Below, one piece after another: positions 36,578 through 37,659 of a DNA stretch of 37,659 bases. The first letter of the stretch is position 1. Each line of letters opens with the position of its first letter. Both the position numbers and the translations under genes were made by a program. Source of the DNA: Octopus sinensis (lineage: Eukaryota); contig NW_021835890.1 in NCBI RefSeq assembly GCF_006345805.1, forward strand, positions 1-37,659, given 5' to 3'. A model generated the notes under the pieces. That model searched no databases. It worked only from the letters and a program-made list of their open reading frames with translations, and was not told the DNA's origin.

Positions 36578-36710
36578 TTGACTGCGGCCAAGCTAATGCA
36601 TGGACTAGTACTTATTCTATCGATCGATCTTACCGAACCGCTATGTTACCGGGACGTAAACACACCAACACCGGTTGTCAAACGGGGTCGGTGAAGGCAA
36701 ACACAAACAC
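36578..36710 (-). mobile_element. SINE family A, internally deleted 3' fragment
   Basis: TTGACTGCGGCC...CTAGTACTTATTCTATCG...CCGAACCGCTA...GGGACGTAAACACACC...CGGTTGTCAA. Confidence 0.8.
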
Positions 36711-36786
36711 AAAGACATTAATTTATACACGCACACACACTCACACTCATATAACACACACATACACACATAGGTTATATATATAT

Positions 36787-36834
<48 letters not shown>

Positions 36835-36836
<2 letters not shown>

Positions 36837-37034
36837 TCTTTCATTCTTTTATTTGTTTCAGTCATTTGACTGCGGCCATGCTGGTGTACCGCCTATAGTC
36901 GAACAAATCGACCCCTGGACTTATTCTTTGTAAGCCTGGTACTTATTCTATTGGTCACTTTTGCCGAACCACTAAGTTACGGGGACGTAAACTCACGACG
37001 ATCGGTTGTCTTACCACACAGCCACGCTTGCGCC
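36835..37034 (-). mobile_element. SINE family A, internally deleted copy retaining both ends
   Basis: The 3' part runs to CGGTTGTC (37010) and jumps directly to the head end TTACCACACAGCCACGCTTGCGCC (37011-37034). Confidence 0.85.
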
Positions 37035-37059
37035 TATATATATATATATATATATATAC

Positions 37060-37230
37060 AACAATTGCAGCGTGGAAGGTGTTTGTAAGCCATTTAAGAA
37101 ACACACAAAAGCCGTTCGATTTTAGCGACGAAAATATTTTGACAAATTTAAACTTAAATGTTGAAGTGAATCAAACGGCTTTTGTGTGTTTCTTAAATGG
37201 CTTACAAACACCTTCCACGCTGCAATTGTT
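37060..37230. repeat. Near-perfect 62-bp inverted repeat with 47-nt spacer (MITE, or inverted Penelope-like terminal repeat)
   Basis: 37060-37121 versus 37169-37230: 61/62 complementary. Confidence 0.9.
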
Positions 37231-37287
37231 TTCGTTTCAGCACACGATCTCAGATCGAATCACTTGCTATGCAAGTACATCTCCGTA

Positions 37288-37375
<88 letters not shown>

Positions 37376-37659
37376 CATATATATGTATGTATATATGTAT
37401 ATGTATATATGTATATAAATATACATAATATAAATATATGTGTATGTATATATATATACTTAGTTTGTGTGTATGCATGGTTAGGGAAACACTGGGTATT
37501 GAGCTAGGTTTCCATGCAATCACCTTGAGACCCAACTCTTCATGGACCCACTAAGTGGTTGGGGGCTTGCTTGCTATTTCTAGCAACCAAATTTACGCCT
37601 ATCATCCCTACAGATTAAGCAAGAATGATAAACAGGATGATGGCGAACTAAATATATTA

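Overview
AT-rich, microsatellite-saturated animal genomic DNA, almost certainly intronic or intergenic. The SINE repertoire and repeat landscape point to an octopus (coleoid cephalopod); this is an inference. No intact protein-coding gene is supported, and almost all ORFs in the supplied track are translations of simple repeats. Real content: (i) relics of four retroelement lineages: Tx1/L1 ORF2 3' end (8466-9945), CR1/L2-type RT fragment (2140-2420), Penelope-like RT thumb/linker (20610-20880) and HERO/NeSL-type restriction-like-endonuclease C-terminus (26660-26940); (ii) about 17 copies or fragments of four tRNA-derived SINE families, labelled A-D here; (iii) a Helentron/DINE-1-like element; (iv) long simple-repeat tracts. 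Best leads: four minimal type-I hammerhead ribozyme motifs on the minus strand, one with a canonical core and three with core variants; a SINE whose last 36 nt match the 3' end of the Tx1/L1 LINE in the same window; a SINE-HERO LINE fusion; a 57-nt hairpin burying the donor site of a candidate 33-nt microexon; a two-monomer 24/16-bp array; and an alternately inverted array around (AT)n tracts. All alignments and folds were done by eye.
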